Origin: Phoronis australis | Taxonomy: Eukaryota > Animalia > Phoronida | Assembly (NCBI GenBank): GCA_002633005.1 | Contig: NMRA01000177.1 | Span: 62,001 to 126,000, forward strand | Direction: 5' to 3' | DNA: 64,000 bases | In this document: piece after piece, positions 25,183 to 37,985 of the stretch | Layout of the letters: every line of letters begins with the position of its first letter | Numbering within the stretch: position 1 is the stretch's first letter | Notes under the pieces: generated by a model | The model's database searches: none | What the model saw: the letters and a program-made list of their open reading frames with translations, nothing else | Told to the model about the DNA's origin: nothing | Program-made: the position numbers and the translations under genes

Positions 25183-26242
25183 TAAGTCACTCCGTATCAA
25201 AACCAACAGGTACAGCCTATACCCTAAATCACAGATTTTTTTAGATTAAGCAAGAGTTTGTTTGGTAAGATGTAGAAAAGTCTCGCTTTTTAAGAATTTT
25301 CATCCAATTGTTCTCTTTTTATGACATGTACCTCCATTTTGCAACAAAATTGGGCGCCAAGTAGAAATGTTTGAAAGGACTATGATTGAACAACTTAATG
25401 GCGCACTTTTGAAAATTCATTTTCAAATTTGTATGCTTTGATTTTGTGTGGCAAAAACGGTTATTTTGAAGGTTTTCACCGAAGCCATTTTTGGCCAACG
25501 TTAGAACTTTGTAGCAGCCATATTGCACTTTTCCAAAACCTGACCTTATAACAGCTTGTTCAGTCATTCCTAACTTGTTCATAATCTGAAATAAAAAAAT
25601 CTTACCTCTCCCGTTGTTTTTGGTTAGGAAGTATTATACGAACCGCACTTGGTCCTATTTGCCGTTACTTAGTTGCCGTAACCACCAATAGGGGGCTCTT
25701 GGAACATGTAATTAGCTAGCAATGAACACGAGGTTAAAGTGTTGCATCTGTATCTTAGAGAAAAAGCACCAACATTATTAATTACCATTCTCTGAAAACC
25801 ACACTAATGATTATTGATTATTACAAAAATCATGTACTATAAATTGTGACTGGCATGCGTTCTTCGTCTATATAATAGATGGAGTCGCTTTTTGTTTACG
25901 GAGACTGGAAGCCAAATCTGCCTTGCTCTCGTTTTTTATCTTCTTTGTGAGAGCCACTGGCATAGCAAAGGGGAACCCAAGGGGTCTATGGCCCTCTGTT
26001 CAGTGCGAAAAATTCGTCAACTCGGTCAACAAAGGCTGTAATTTTGCGTTCATACTGTAGGTTGCTACGAATTTTAGTCTTCACCGGTCGCCAGAAATTT
26101 GGCGTTTGCACTCTCCCCGGTCAGAAAGCAATTCATGGAAGACAATTTTTTTAATGATTCAGTTCATGACAGACATTAGATCGCCAAAGTTTAACACAAG
26201 TAGGCCTAATGGTCTGGACTTCAAACATACCGGGTGACTGCG
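25183..26242 (+). repeat. About 1.1-kb interspersed repeat / local duplication, copy 2
   Basis: Colinear direct homolog of 20741-21827. Confidence 0.85.
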
Positions 26243-27371
26243 GCCTCTGAGGGGGCCGGGGGGCTCAGGTGCACCCAGGCGCCTTCCTAAGGCCGCCGGG
26301 GGGGCGTGCCAAACAGGTGCTGTCCAATCGGGGACACCACTGAGGCACCTGTTAACTGGGGTACATACCTACTGGCCGGTGGGTAGGGTGGGGGTGCCAC
26401 TTGGGGTGTCGACGGGAGGCAAGGAGGTGCTCGCTGGACTGACTGCTAGTGTCATTTGAGTTGAAAAACGGGACAACTTGATTGAAAAGCGGGACATCCG
26501 GATAAAGAGCATGAAAACAGGAGGGTGAAATCATGTATTCGCCACAACACACAAAAACGTACCAACAGCGTTTTTTGTGGAACGGGAGACATAACACTCA
26601 AAACTGAAGCGCCCAATAGCCAGCGTTTTTTGTTTTTAAGTCGAATGGGAAATTGCAGGTAACCCGAAAAGCCTTGAAGGGTTTTGTTTATTCATTTTAG
26701 TCGAACGGTAAAAAGGGCTATGTCACAAGGGAATATATATGATAATATGGCAATTTTGCATATATTTCACTCACATGTCTTTCTGGACATTTGCTGATTG
26801 GGAGGGGGGGGGGGGCATATGATGTACAGTAAGCCTAGATTTGCCCGAATTTTCTCAACTGACGTAAAATGCTCCGAAGGTGAGTCATCGCAAACATGGC
26901 ATTGTTTTTTTGTGTTGCCACGGTCGGGCTTGGCCAGTCGCAAACTACTACTACTCAAATGTGCTGACTTTGCTTGCAGTTTTTGCAAACGGCGGTTGTC
27001 AAAGAAATTTGACGAAATGTGGAATATGCGTCCTTCGCACAATGAGTTTTAAAAATGCCTGCATTATAAAAAGACCACCCCCTGTTCTTTTCACGTTTCC
27101 TGACAGGCATTAGCAGGCCAAAATTAAAGAAATTTGTCGATAGAAAAACCACCTCCAAAATGGCGACTTCGACGTCTGTTTTGGCTGCCGCCAGGTTAAG
27201 ATCTCAAGGGTCGGTCTCGTTTCAAAATCAACCAATGGCATTTATGTACAAACTAGATCATTAGGTTAGTTAATAAGATGGCGTAGAGAGCAAGGCATGT
27301 GTGTGGAAAATGTTAACGATTATGCACATGCTGCTGACTTCTTTTTTGTAAATGAATTTTAGTATAGTATT

Positions 27372-27641
27372 TCAATGCCCAAAAGACCAAATCCGTTTTT
27401 GTGTTGGCAATAATGACGGGATTGCTTTGGAAATCGTCTTAAGTTAAGGTTTGACAAAGAGAGAATTATGAGTTTCTGAGTGATTCACCAATTCACGATT
27501 AAAATTGACATCTTACCCGCAGTTTCTGTTTTTTCATCGTCACTCAGGTTCCATTTTCTTTAAAAAATGAAGTAAATTTTCATCATTGCACAGTGGAGCA
27601 GACGACGGAAACGGAGTCGTAGTGCGCAGCGCCACTGCCGG
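27372..27641 (+). repeat. Interspersed repeat fragment, inverted homolog of 46469-46732
   Basis: cattgcacagtggagcagacgacggaaacggagtcgtagtgcgcagcgccactgccgg is the reverse complement of the sequence starting at 46469; similarity extends about 270 bp. Confidence 0.85.
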
Positions 27642-27984
27642 TCGCCTGGGATATCGCGGGAGAGCTTGCGTGCTGGCTATACTGACCACCTAGCGGCACG
27701 CAGGGAACCAGCGAGGGTCATCGTTACCTTAATAAAACAAGGCACAATTTTTATTATTTGTTCATTTCAATATCAAATAACGATTGCGTAATATTTGGAA
27801 TTACTAGAGTTTTCCATACATACTTGTTTTTAACAGTATCAGCTGAGGTGTTTTCTTTAAAACCACATTTTATTTACAAATTGTATCTCTTCCTGATTAT
27901 ACTTGTACAAACAGTTCTCCAGGAAGTCAGTTTTAATGAGACATAGCATCTTTAAACGTCAAGTTCAACTCGCTGAAATTTGCA

Positions 27985-28265
27985 GACTGTTTCAGGTAGA
28001 TGCTCCCGGGTTTACTTGTGACTAATTTCGAATATAGGCGCAGTTTCGCAAACAGACGCCTGTGTCTAATTAAAGATATAGGTGTAGTTTCTCAGACAGG
28101 CGCATTGAACTACTTATGAATTTTGGATTCAGCTTCACAGATAGACGCACGTAAAGCGTAACTTCGCTGAAACGTATATGAGCCTCATTCTGGATATATG
28201 TGCAGCTTCACAGACAGGAGCGTGAGTCTAACTGCGCGCATGTAGGCCTAAAGTACAAAACAGAA
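27985..28265. repeat. Degenerate minisatellite, about 44-bp unit
   Basis: Recurring atataggcgcagtttcgcaaacagacgc / atataggtgtagtttctcagacaggcgc / atatgtgcagcttcacagacaggagc. Confidence 0.6.
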
Positions 28266-29307
28266 GCATGCACTGTTCCAATAATTGCACTCACGAATTG
28301 ATCTTTCCAAGGCTTGACTCGATACTAGCTAAACAACACGTGTAGAACAATAAAATTTAGAGACGGTTTTATTAAACAAATCGATCAGTTGGTAAGGTAA
28401 ACTACATTCGACTTGCCGTCTTATATAAGTTTTTTTTCTTGAAGGCATTGCACATGCATCGTTGTGAGATGGCAAGGTTTTTGAAAATGAGATGTATTTA
28501 TTTTTTTAAAAAATTCATGGTATTTATAATTGGCATAAAGAGTAAGGGGTATGGGGAGAGGAGTGGTGTTGAACGTGCGTGCTTTCGCGTGTACATGTAC
28601 GTGTGTGTGTGCGTGCGAATGTGTGTGTTTTTGAGTGAGCGAATCGTTCTTGTCCGTGTATTTTAATAACAAGGAGGAATCAAAAATAAGTCGCACTTCA
28701 AAAACACTTGCCTCGAAAGTTGCGGGGGCCGGCGATGTGACCTGGTGTTCGGAAAACTAACGGCAACACAATTCCGCCTCGCTTCTGACCCCCCCCCCTC
28801 CCTCTTCGTCCGCTGCCATTCCTAGTTGGTGAACTCCATATTTCCTCACGCTTCACGCTGTTGCTCTTTGATTTTGCTTGCACCAGCCAAGGGGGGGAGG
28901 GGGGCGGCCCCCTGGGCTCCCCTCCTAAATCCGCCTGTGCGAGTCTCTGAGAAAGTCCAACCGTCCTGTTCGATCACCGGCCGACTGTTTATAGCACCGG
29001 CCATCGTGTCTTGGGTGTAGTTTTTTTGGGTGAGGCCACTGCGCTCTGAAGTCTGGACAACACGATTGGTCGTCTGCCATTTGGTTTTGCAGTCCAGTCA
29101 ACTGGTTTTGAAATCCGGGCAAGTGGTTTTTGAAGTCTGAACAATTATCGATTCCACCTTGAATGACTGGGTCTTTCGAAAGGTGGCATGCTATTGGTTA
29201 AGTGCAGTGACAAATTCTCCAATAAGAAATGCTCTTGATCGTTAAGTCAACTCAGCAGAAGTGAAACCAACTCCACTGTCGAATTTTTACATTTTCTTCA
29301 GACTGTA

Positions 29308-29626
29308 ATGATGTTTGCGCTGTCAACTCTGGTAGCTGTCTGTAATATTGTTTCAATAGTATTTGTCAATGAGGTGTACACTGGCGGTACACGTTTCGGT
29401 AACATGGCTAAAGACACCCGCAGAGTCTGTTCGGACAACAGTGAAGTTGTGCGACCCATTGAGTCTATCATCAAATGTGCTGCCGAATGTTCTCGTGTTG
29501 GCTCGTGTAATGCCTTTGCGTACATGAACTTGGAGAAACTTTGCCTGACGTACAATACCGATGAAAACGATGCGAGCAATTTGGAACCTGCTAGCGGATG
29601 GGTTTACTTCGAAAAAGTTTTCATAG
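29308..29626 (+). CDS. PAN-FBG protein, coding exon 1: signal peptide + PAN/apple domain
   Basis: ATG at 29308, just after an acceptor-like ttttcttcAG at 29300-29301 (suggests an upstream UTR exon); hydrophobic N-terminus MMFALSTLVAVCNIVSIVFV; PAN pattern S..KCAAEC....SCNAFAY....KLC.TY...GWVYF; donor G|GTACGA, phase 1. Confidence 0.85.
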
Positions 29627-30904
29627 GTACGAGTACGTGTTTAAACTTTATAGTGAAATTAGGCCTACTTAGCTTAGTGTATGTTTCGCGGCTCCTTGAA
29701 TTGTGAGGGCCTGGTGGTTGTAGACTTAGGTCTAGAAGATACCGATCTATTTTGTCTCTTCATTGCTCATAAAAATGAGCTCGAGTAACTTAGGAGGCCC
29801 TGTCAACAAAGGATTAGATTTGCCCGTCGTTCCTATCGCACTTAACTTTTTGCATCAGGTTGATTTTTCTCTTAGTATTAGTGATACCTTTATAGCGACA
29901 CTCTCCTTGTACACTGCGCTGGCGTTCGTTAGTAGCAAATGCTCTGGCACAAGCCTTTCCTTACAGATTTTATACGTGTCGTCGTATTACACTGTATATA
30001 GGATATTTAGAATAGTACAGTGTACCAAAATAACAAAAACAAACAGTGCATCTACCGCATAAAAACAAAATAACACACAAACGGTGTTTATGAATTCTCT
30101 GCAATGCGAAAGTACATTATGTACAGAATAGTAACAAAGATAACAAACAGTGTTTGATGAATTCTCTACAGCCTTCTTTAAATGCCAAAGTAATGGCACT
30201 TATCAGGCTAGTCAACTCATGTGACTTACTTCCAATTACAGAAGTCAATACAGTAAGGAACTTGACTGTATTTTCGGCTTGCACTAAGCCGACTGCGGTC
30301 TGAACGACGTCGGCTTCTTATCAATGCTTTAAGTCCACACAGGATATGTGATGATATCTATTCCCGCGACATCGGTTGATCAGCGAAGCCGAGATTCGAG
30401 GAATAAAAACATACTAACATTTCATACTACTAGAAGTTTCTGTGTCCAGAAAGCCCGCACTGCAGCATGGACGTATTGATGGCACAGATTTACTAAAAAA
30501 ACACCGTATTATCCATTTACTTGTTACTTTAAAAGACATTCACATTTTATTGCCTGGTCTTCATAGAGTGTACCGTGATGTAAAACTTGGCTTGTTAACT
30601 CTACCTCCGCATTACCGTGCTTAGATCCGGTAAGATTGTCTCCACATGTAACCAGATGAGGCATTTTCAAAATAAAATAAAACATGAGATTTTCTTGTTA
30701 TATCAGGTATCAAAATCAATGCCAAATGACTTTTCTATTTTTGCTAACTTATGCTTGCCTTACTAGTAAATTGCCTCTTTGCCGAACTATTTTTCAGCGG
30801 ACTCAGGAAATGTCGATTTTCAAGACTTGTCGTTTGGCAATGTTAGCCGGGTCGCCGATTTTCACGGGTGAGCTGACACGTGGAAGAGACGGTCTCGCCA
30901 CCTG

Positions 30905-31285
30905 GGCCCGGTCTCCAATCTTTTTACTCGAAATGGAACTCGAAATTAGGTTTGGCATTTTCTACTCAACTTTTGGGAGGACTCAAGATAAGTGTCTATT
31001 ATTCTATGCTCGAGTACACAATAACTTACGTAGATAATTTATTGCCCTTAGTTCACAGTTTGTAAACCCAATATTAAAGCAATAAGTTCGAGTTTTTACT
31101 CAAATTTGTAGCACGAATATAAGGGTCTTCAAGGGCAAACTTGAACTAGAAACTCCTATGCATAAACTATGATGTATTCGAGCACAGTCTGATAACCAAT
31201 TATCTTAAGTTAGCACAAAAGGAGCAGAGAAATTGCCAAAAATAGTTTCAAGTTCGTTTCGAGTACAAAGATTAGAGACCGGGCC
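30905..31285. mobile_element. PIF/Harbinger-like MITE with CTG TSD
   Basis: ctg|ggcccggtctccaatctttttactcgaaa ... tttcgagtacaaagattagagaccgggcc|ctg. A 3-bp CWG duplication with GGCCC termini fits Harbinger. Confidence 0.85.
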
Positions 31286-31891
31286 CTGGTGACTGCCTGT
31301 ACTTAACTCACTCCTCGCTACAGTTCACGCGCTACGCAATGTGTAACTCGAGGCTATAGGAACTTGTATTGATGAAACGTTCAGAAATACTTTGTCGAAA
31401 GCATTATTTTAGTTCAAGAATTACCACGGATCGTTCATAACCGTCCAAATTTCCAAAATCGTACAAAAAGTGTCACCCGGCCGCTTGCCACCCGCTGCTT
31501 TTGCTTTGCTGCTATAGCTTCCATACCCTTGCTTTTCACACTTTTCTGTCTTATTGTAAAACCGGCTTCTACTAGAAGCTGTGCGGCGATACCATTTGCA
31601 TCACTTCAGGGAGTTTTGTAACCTCAAATTTCCATTCGGAGGTGAACTTTGGCCGCGCATGTGCAAACTTCAGTCATTCGACCAATCATTGTCTCGATTG
31701 AAAGTCACATGACTTGCTATATGACTGAAGTCCACACTTGTGTAGGTAATGTTCATCCCGGGGGTAAACTGAGACTACCCAGGGTGTTCCAAATGCGACG
31801 ATGCATGTAAGAAGGCCCATTTCTCATTGACGGGTGAAAATCATATGCATGTTGTAGTTTTCAGGTAATTTAATCAGATAACCCCTTTTAG

Positions 31892-32013
31892 ATTGTTCGG
31901 AACTGCATAGTGCCGGCACCAAGGAAAATGGTGTTTACACCATCAGTCCCGGCGATGGGAGCAGTGAACTAAAGGCTTACTGTGACATGGTGACAGACGG
32001 TGGCGGATGGACG
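31892..32013 (+). CDS. PAN-FBG protein, exon 2 (start of fibrinogen C-terminal domain)
   Basis: Acceptor cccttttAG; (D)[40 protein letters not shown] with the FBG motifs DC, GVYTI and YCDM.TDGGGWT; donor GTAAGT. Absent from the ORF track. Confidence 0.93.
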
Positions 32014-32062
32014 GTAAGTTATTGATTGCATGAAAACGTTGCATAACTTCTAACATTCGTTG

Positions 32063-32720
32063 TTTTGAGTCGCATCAATTCAAATATCCCATGACACTAT
32101 ATTTTTTCAAGTCTTTGGTTAACACCAAAGAATTTAAAAATATGGCTTTATATCCACAGAAATAATGCCTGACGTCAGTAAGTATTTTTCCGATTTTCAG
32201 AAATGTCACGCAAATAAATTTTGCACACGAAACTTTCAATATCAGTTTTTATAAGCTACAAGGTTGAGTCTGGAGTTTTATGCTCGGAATATGTCCCGAA
32301 AATAACAGGTGCGTCGCAAGCTCCGTTTCCAGAGATACAAAGGAGACCGTGTATAGGCGATATAAGGTCATTTATTATGACTGATAAGGTACAGAAATAT
32401 GAGTGTACAAATAACATAAAGATAAAATAATAATCTCTGGAAAGATGGGCAATAAAAAGCGCCAGCACTCAGGTAAGAGGAACTACCCAGGGTAGAGGGT
32501 GNTTTTGAGTCGCATCAATTCAAATATCCCATGACACTATATTTTTTCAAGTCTTTGGTTAACACCAAAGAATTTAAAAATATGGCTTTATATCCACAGA
32601 AATAATGCCCGACGTCAGTAAGTATTTTTTCCGATTTTCAGAAATGTCACGCAAATAAATTTTGCACACGAAACTTTCAATATCAGTTTTTATAAGCTAC
32701 AAGGTTGAGTCTGGAGTTTT
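32063..32720. repeat. Near-identical about 217-bp direct duplication flanking a single N (probable assembly artefact)
   Basis: 32063-32279 and 32503-32720 differ by only about 2 positions; the second copy starts right after the n at 32502. Confidence 0.8.
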
Positions 32721-33152
32721 CTGTGATGTTCTTTTAGCCCTAGGCGGGTTCTTTTGCAGCGGCAAGCTTGTCGGCTGGGCACACGGAATTCTCCTATATA
32801 CAGTAGATCTCGCTCGGTTGCAGTTTACAATAGGCTCATCTTGAATTGAACTCTCCTCTATCGCGGAGGATGAAAAATAGATTGCAGGACTAACCTACTT
32901 TCCAAAATGTCGGGCACTAATGAGTTGATTCACATTCGAAGAATAAGTCATTGCGCCTTCAGCACTGACGTTTGCACTGTTTCCTAATTCCTTGCTGTCA
33001 GCATCGCAAATCAAAGTGCAAGCTTGCATTTTAATGGAATACCTTATAATTAGGATGTCAGGTATTGAATAGTACACTTCCCTGTAAAGTAGCCGATCAA
33101 GTATTGTGCTATTTCAAGCCTTGAATTTAAGATTAATAGAGTTGACTTTCAG

Positions 33153-33249
33153 GTGTTTCAACGGCGACAAGATGGTTCGGAAGACTTTTATCTCGACTGG
33201 AACGATTATAAAAACGGGTTTGGCAACTTGGTAACGGAATTTTGGTTGG
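33153..33249 (+). CDS. PAN-FBG protein, exon 3
   Basis: Acceptor gactttcAG; VFQRRQDGSEDFYLDWNDYKNGFGNLVTEFWL(G); donor GTAAGT. Confidence 0.95.
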
Positions 33250-33570
33250 GTAAGTTGGCGTATAATTGTCTTACTTCATTCATGATCTCAATTCAAGGGA
33301 ATGAGGCGTGCTTTGAATTTACCCTAAAGTTAAATAAGATTTTCTCGCTAAGTTGTGCATTTAACTGAATATCCACACAACCGTTTTCTAGAGTTAAACT
33401 CAGTAAAACTATAAATTTTCTGTAAGTGCAGTTCCTGTAGAATTTGACTTTATATTGTAGGACGTGTCCCCTCAATAATTTACAGGCCTCGAGGGCCCCA
33501 AACTGTGGAGGGGATCAGTTGGCAACCAATGGCACTCTGTTTCTTTATTACTTATATCGTTTCTTCTTAA

Positions 33571-35206
33571 AGGAGAATGGCACCCAAAAAACAACCTATT
33601 TTGTATCAAGTAGATCGAGTAGCTCTACGGTACTCGATAACGACATGTTCGGTTGCGTTTCCTGACACCTGACGGCAGACGGAGGTGTTGAAATTATCCA
33701 ATTACGTAATTGGTTTCACACGCAGTCTGTTCAGCAGTTCAAAACAAGGGTTAGTGGTGTCAGCTTATCGCTTGAAATCATCGTTTAACACCAATAAATC
33801 ATCAACCTTCGATGTAAAACCCTTAAAAATACACCGAGTTCTTATCAAAACGTGTTGTTTTATTTCGCTGTTATACAAAGCTGCTGCAAAGTTTGGCAGA
33901 CCAATTTACCAAGGTCCGTAGTAGGAGTTTGAGGTCTGTTCGGAGATAAATTCGAAGTATTCTTCCGTGAAATACAGACAGGAGAACCTAGATCTGTCGT
34001 TTATACTTGTGATTTTTTGAGTTCTAAACACACAAAACGCTTGTTATCCCGGCCACATGGCTCGGAACCCGATCACATGGCCGGGCGTCGCGGCCGGACT
34101 GACTCGTTATCCCGGCCAGTGGCTCGGAACCCGATCAGGCCCATTGTGGCCTCCGGGACTGACACGAACATCGATAAACCAGCTTGAGTTGGAAACTAAA
34201 CCTCCAGTCACGAAAAGACTATAACAGTGAGCCAAAGAAATAATGTGCACGTAATTATTTATGTGAATTAGCCACGAAATTACTGAAAATCTACTTACTT
34301 GTCGGGGATCACGAATTTTCCACAGACCGTCAGGGCAAAGGTTGTACATTAATAATGATTTGAATAATGTATTTGTATTTCTAATTAAAGATTGCCCTAA
34401 CATGTGACCATAGCATATAAAATCGAGTAATTGTTTCACAACAGCTTTCTGTCAGCCAACACTGAATTAGCATGCGTTCACACGGCCTCGGTGCCCGGTC
34501 AGTTACCTTTGTTGCCGGCATCAAAAGCCGGTAACGCAGTGGTTTATTCATTGATGGCTTCTCAAAACATTCGCACTCACGAGCACTCCAAGGCATTACA
34601 AATTGTATCTAATGAGACAGACTTTGTTTCAGTTTCATATAAGCATTGATTAGGATGAGAATAATTCATTTTGAAAGAGAACGCAGAACAATAAACGTCT
34701 ACGTGGCAACTCGCCCGGCGGCGCCAATCCCGCCTTTGTCAAGAGCTCATCCGATGAAGACTTCACGGGTCGGATCTTTAGGTTTCACGGGCTATCAGCT
34801 CGAACCGGAATACACTGATCAAAAAATACTAGAGAGGCGCTGGAATTCGTCACAGACACGGAGATGTTTTACGGCCTCGTACTTGCTATTAACAACGCAC
34901 CTTTCATTCTTCACAACCGCGAGCCACTTCCTAAGCATTTCGGGGGCTCGAGGAAGTCAAAAAAACGATATACCCGCTTTCTTCGCAGCTTCTGAATCAT
35001 AGTTTGGACAAGCGGGAACGATGCACCGCAATATAGCGGCATTCACTCTGCAGACGAACCACTGACGTCGCTGCGTTGTTTCTCACCTTCCTCACAGGTT
35101 AATGCGACACCTCTCGGCAAGGCGAGGTCGACCGTATAAGAGGCGATATGGATATAGGCCGATTAACACGGTAAAAAAGACTAATTAAATCGGGTGGCAT
35201 TCTCCT
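33571..35206 (-). mobile_element. Non-autonomous Kolobok-like DNA transposon (TTAA TSD), copy 2, in intron 3 of the PAN-FBG gene
   Basis: ttaa|aggagaatggcaccc ... gggtggcattctcct|ttaa; reverse-complement homolog of 23108-24477, longer internally, with a short tandem duplication near 34044-34160. Confidence 0.85.
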
Positions 35207-35348
35207 TTAAAGACCCTCATAGATGGGAGTCCCAATATTGGAATCCGTTGCCTGCCCTTTTTTGTGAAAATGGAAAGCCTCTACGTTAAGGAAGGTCACC
35301 TCTTGTTAAAGGGACCCAACACATACGGGATTCTTTCAGGGATGGTGC

Positions 35349-35495
35349 AGTGGCGGATTTAGAGGGGGGTTATGGTCCCCCTAAAACTCTCCCAGATTCC
35401 ATTTGGTAGTTTGGAGGTGCGAATATCTGACTGGCAAAATCCTGGCTAATACACTGCCCTGGCCCCCCTAAATAAAAATCCTGGATTCGCCCTTG
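35349..35495. mobile_element. Short GC-rich MITE (GGCGGATTTAG termini)
   Basis: agtggcggatttagagggggg ... cccccctaaataaaaatcctggattcgccc; related termini near 28886-28937, 46303-46350 and 47154-47169. Confidence 0.55.
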
Positions 35496-35804
35496 GGGTG
35501 GCAGGCAAATTGTGAATTACACAAATACAATATTCCCGACTGTTTTATAAAAATCAAAATATCGATACATTCTCACACCGAATTACAAGAAAAGTTGTCA
35601 TTTGGAGATGGCTATTAGGAAAGTATTAATGACGAAGAGGGCGAAACTCGATCAATCAAACTGTCGAGGTACGATTTTTGTTACCTGTGTACAGTGTACA
35701 TGTCAATCGAATCAAGATTCTCAAAGTACGGTCTACTTTAACTGCTATTTTAGACAGGTAAATGTAACTTATATACCGCAACAAACTCGCATTAGATTGA
35801 ACCT

Positions 35805-35958
35805 GCCTCCCGTTCAGTAACGCAAGGACCTCGCTAAAAAGCAAGACTTCGCGAGATTACGTGAGATATTGCCGTGCATTTTAAATAAGAACACGTGACT
35901 TTGACTAGGTTTTAGCCAGGTCCTAGCGTAGGTCCTAGCGTCTACTGAACGCACGCCT
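35805..35958 (-). mobile_element. Short MITE-like repeat, copy 2 (family of 2890-3030)
   Basis: gcctcccgttcagtaacgcaaggacctcgctaaaaagcaagac...ctactgaacgcacgc is the reverse complement of copy 1. Confidence 0.8.
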
Positions 35959-36205
35959 GAATTCACGAATAAATGTTGGTCCCTAAACTTACCGTGGGCT
36001 GCCCCGCCTCCCATGCTCTCCAGTTGGCCGCCAATTATCTTACCGTGAATTACATGTTTGAAATAAGCGTAACAATAACCTGCAGTTAACCCAAAGTGTT
36101 CACAGTGTGCCTTTGATGTTTATATTGAGGTGTTACGTACTTTAACGGCCAAACATGTCATGATTATTTTTGGCAACCTTCATTGGTTTCTGATTTTCAT
36201 GTTGA

Positions 36206-36370
36206 TATATTTACAAAAATTGATTGATTTGTAGACGATTTTTTGACAATTATAAGCTAATCTTATAAGAAATTGGTGATGTTTCAGTGAACTTTGAGGC
36301 AGGTTGAAATTCTAGAAATCTTTATTATCTGACCCCAAAGTGCACTGGATGATTTCTGCCAATCTGAAAA
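36206..36370 (+). repeat. Interspersed repeat fragment, homolog of 45842-46010
   Basis: Shared aagctaatctt.taa.aa..tg.tgatgtttcagtga core with colinear flanks. Confidence 0.65.
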
Positions 36371-37985
36371 ACCTTCTAAGAAATTTTATGTGTTGTAGAA
36401 CTTGGACGTTCGTTAAGGAGCTTCAGGTAGTTCTATAGCTGATGCCTCTTCGGATATGTAGATTAGGTTCTCGTGTTTTGAAAAGGTGTTTTTAAACAGC
36501 CCTTAACCGTGAATCCATCACCTTGAAACCTAGCCCTTTTAAAGCGATTCTTTCAAAGCATAACCCTATTAAAGATAGATTTCCGAAACTGTACCCAAAA
36601 AACTTAATATTTACCTTAGGCTTTATTTTAGCTCTCGGAAATAGACGAAACTATAACCGAAGTTTCTTACTGAATTAGTGTTTCTCTTCTCATGGTTTCA
36701 AAGGAGTCCGCACCAGGAGTTTCTTTTTATACTTTATACCCCTAAAGTGATTTTGGCAGCACGTCTTTTATTGTCCTAATAACATAAAATACCTAAATGC
36801 GTAATGGGCATAATGCGTTCAGGTCCAGAATGTTTGAAGTCCTTCTTAAACGAGAACCTTTCTGCGCGTTGAAATTTGTTTAATAAACTCGTAGTTTTGC
36901 TTAATCAACGCGCTGAACTAGTTAAATTCAACGAGCTGAGTTAGTTCTTTTAAGAACTAATTGAAATCGGTTATCATTCTGTTCTTATTTAACGCGCACT
37001 TTTGCTTGATCGACGCTTGGTTTTCCTTATTCAAAGTGCTGTATTAGTTATTCGTTCAACACACAGAAAGGCACTCGTTTAACAACCCTTTAGCGCTTCA
37101 TAATATGAATTCATTAGAATGTGACCATTTTTCGTAAAATTTATTGAATCATGGGTACCCAAATTTATGGTGGCTGCCCCCTCCCCCCGGAGCAAATCCT
37201 CAAACAGCAAAGGCGTGACGCCTGTGGCGAGGGCAGTACAGATCTGATGACGACCAGGGGTAGACGTGGTGGCAATAGCCGGGAATCTGAAATCTGGAAC
37301 CGCGGGGTGAAGAAAGTTCGGCGAAGTCTTATTAGTTTGTGCTTATCCTCCCCATAAGGTTGTTGGGGTCTGCAAAAGCGACCAAAGGAGGTGGGCCGAT
37401 GTGAAACTGTCATGGGTATGGGGGATTCTTGATGTCGGCAGAGGTGCACGATGCGCCAAAACAACCTTTTCTTTAAATCTCACACGAAACTTTAAACTGT
37501 TTTCAGAAAATTAAAGCCGCTATCAACCACGTGTTTCATGAAAGTGACGTCAGACTTAGTAAAGAAATTTGGTCTTAGGCTCCAACTTCGCAATTGCTGA
37601 AAATAAGTTTAGCCAAGTAATTGACCTCCTATAACCAGGATTTTGAGTGACGGCTTAACTGACCAATCAGAACACAGCATTTTCGACACACCTTTGTTTC
37701 CAAGCCGCCATTTTACCCGACAAACAACATGTTGTCAGGTAAAACTTATTATTTGTTTGTCGGCTTTCCGCAAGGGGCGGAGCTTGCGATATGTCAATTA
37801 TGAGTACATCACACTTCAGACATTATTTATACAAATTATCTCAGTTAGTTGCAGTTACGTGTAGATTTCCTCAGACTTTGTTTTTTGCTTGGGTGAGATT
37901 TAATTATTAATCTGTAATGGTTGTTTGGCGCGTAATACTAAGACCTGACTTAAATCTTAAGTCACGTTTCTTGAAACAGATTCCT

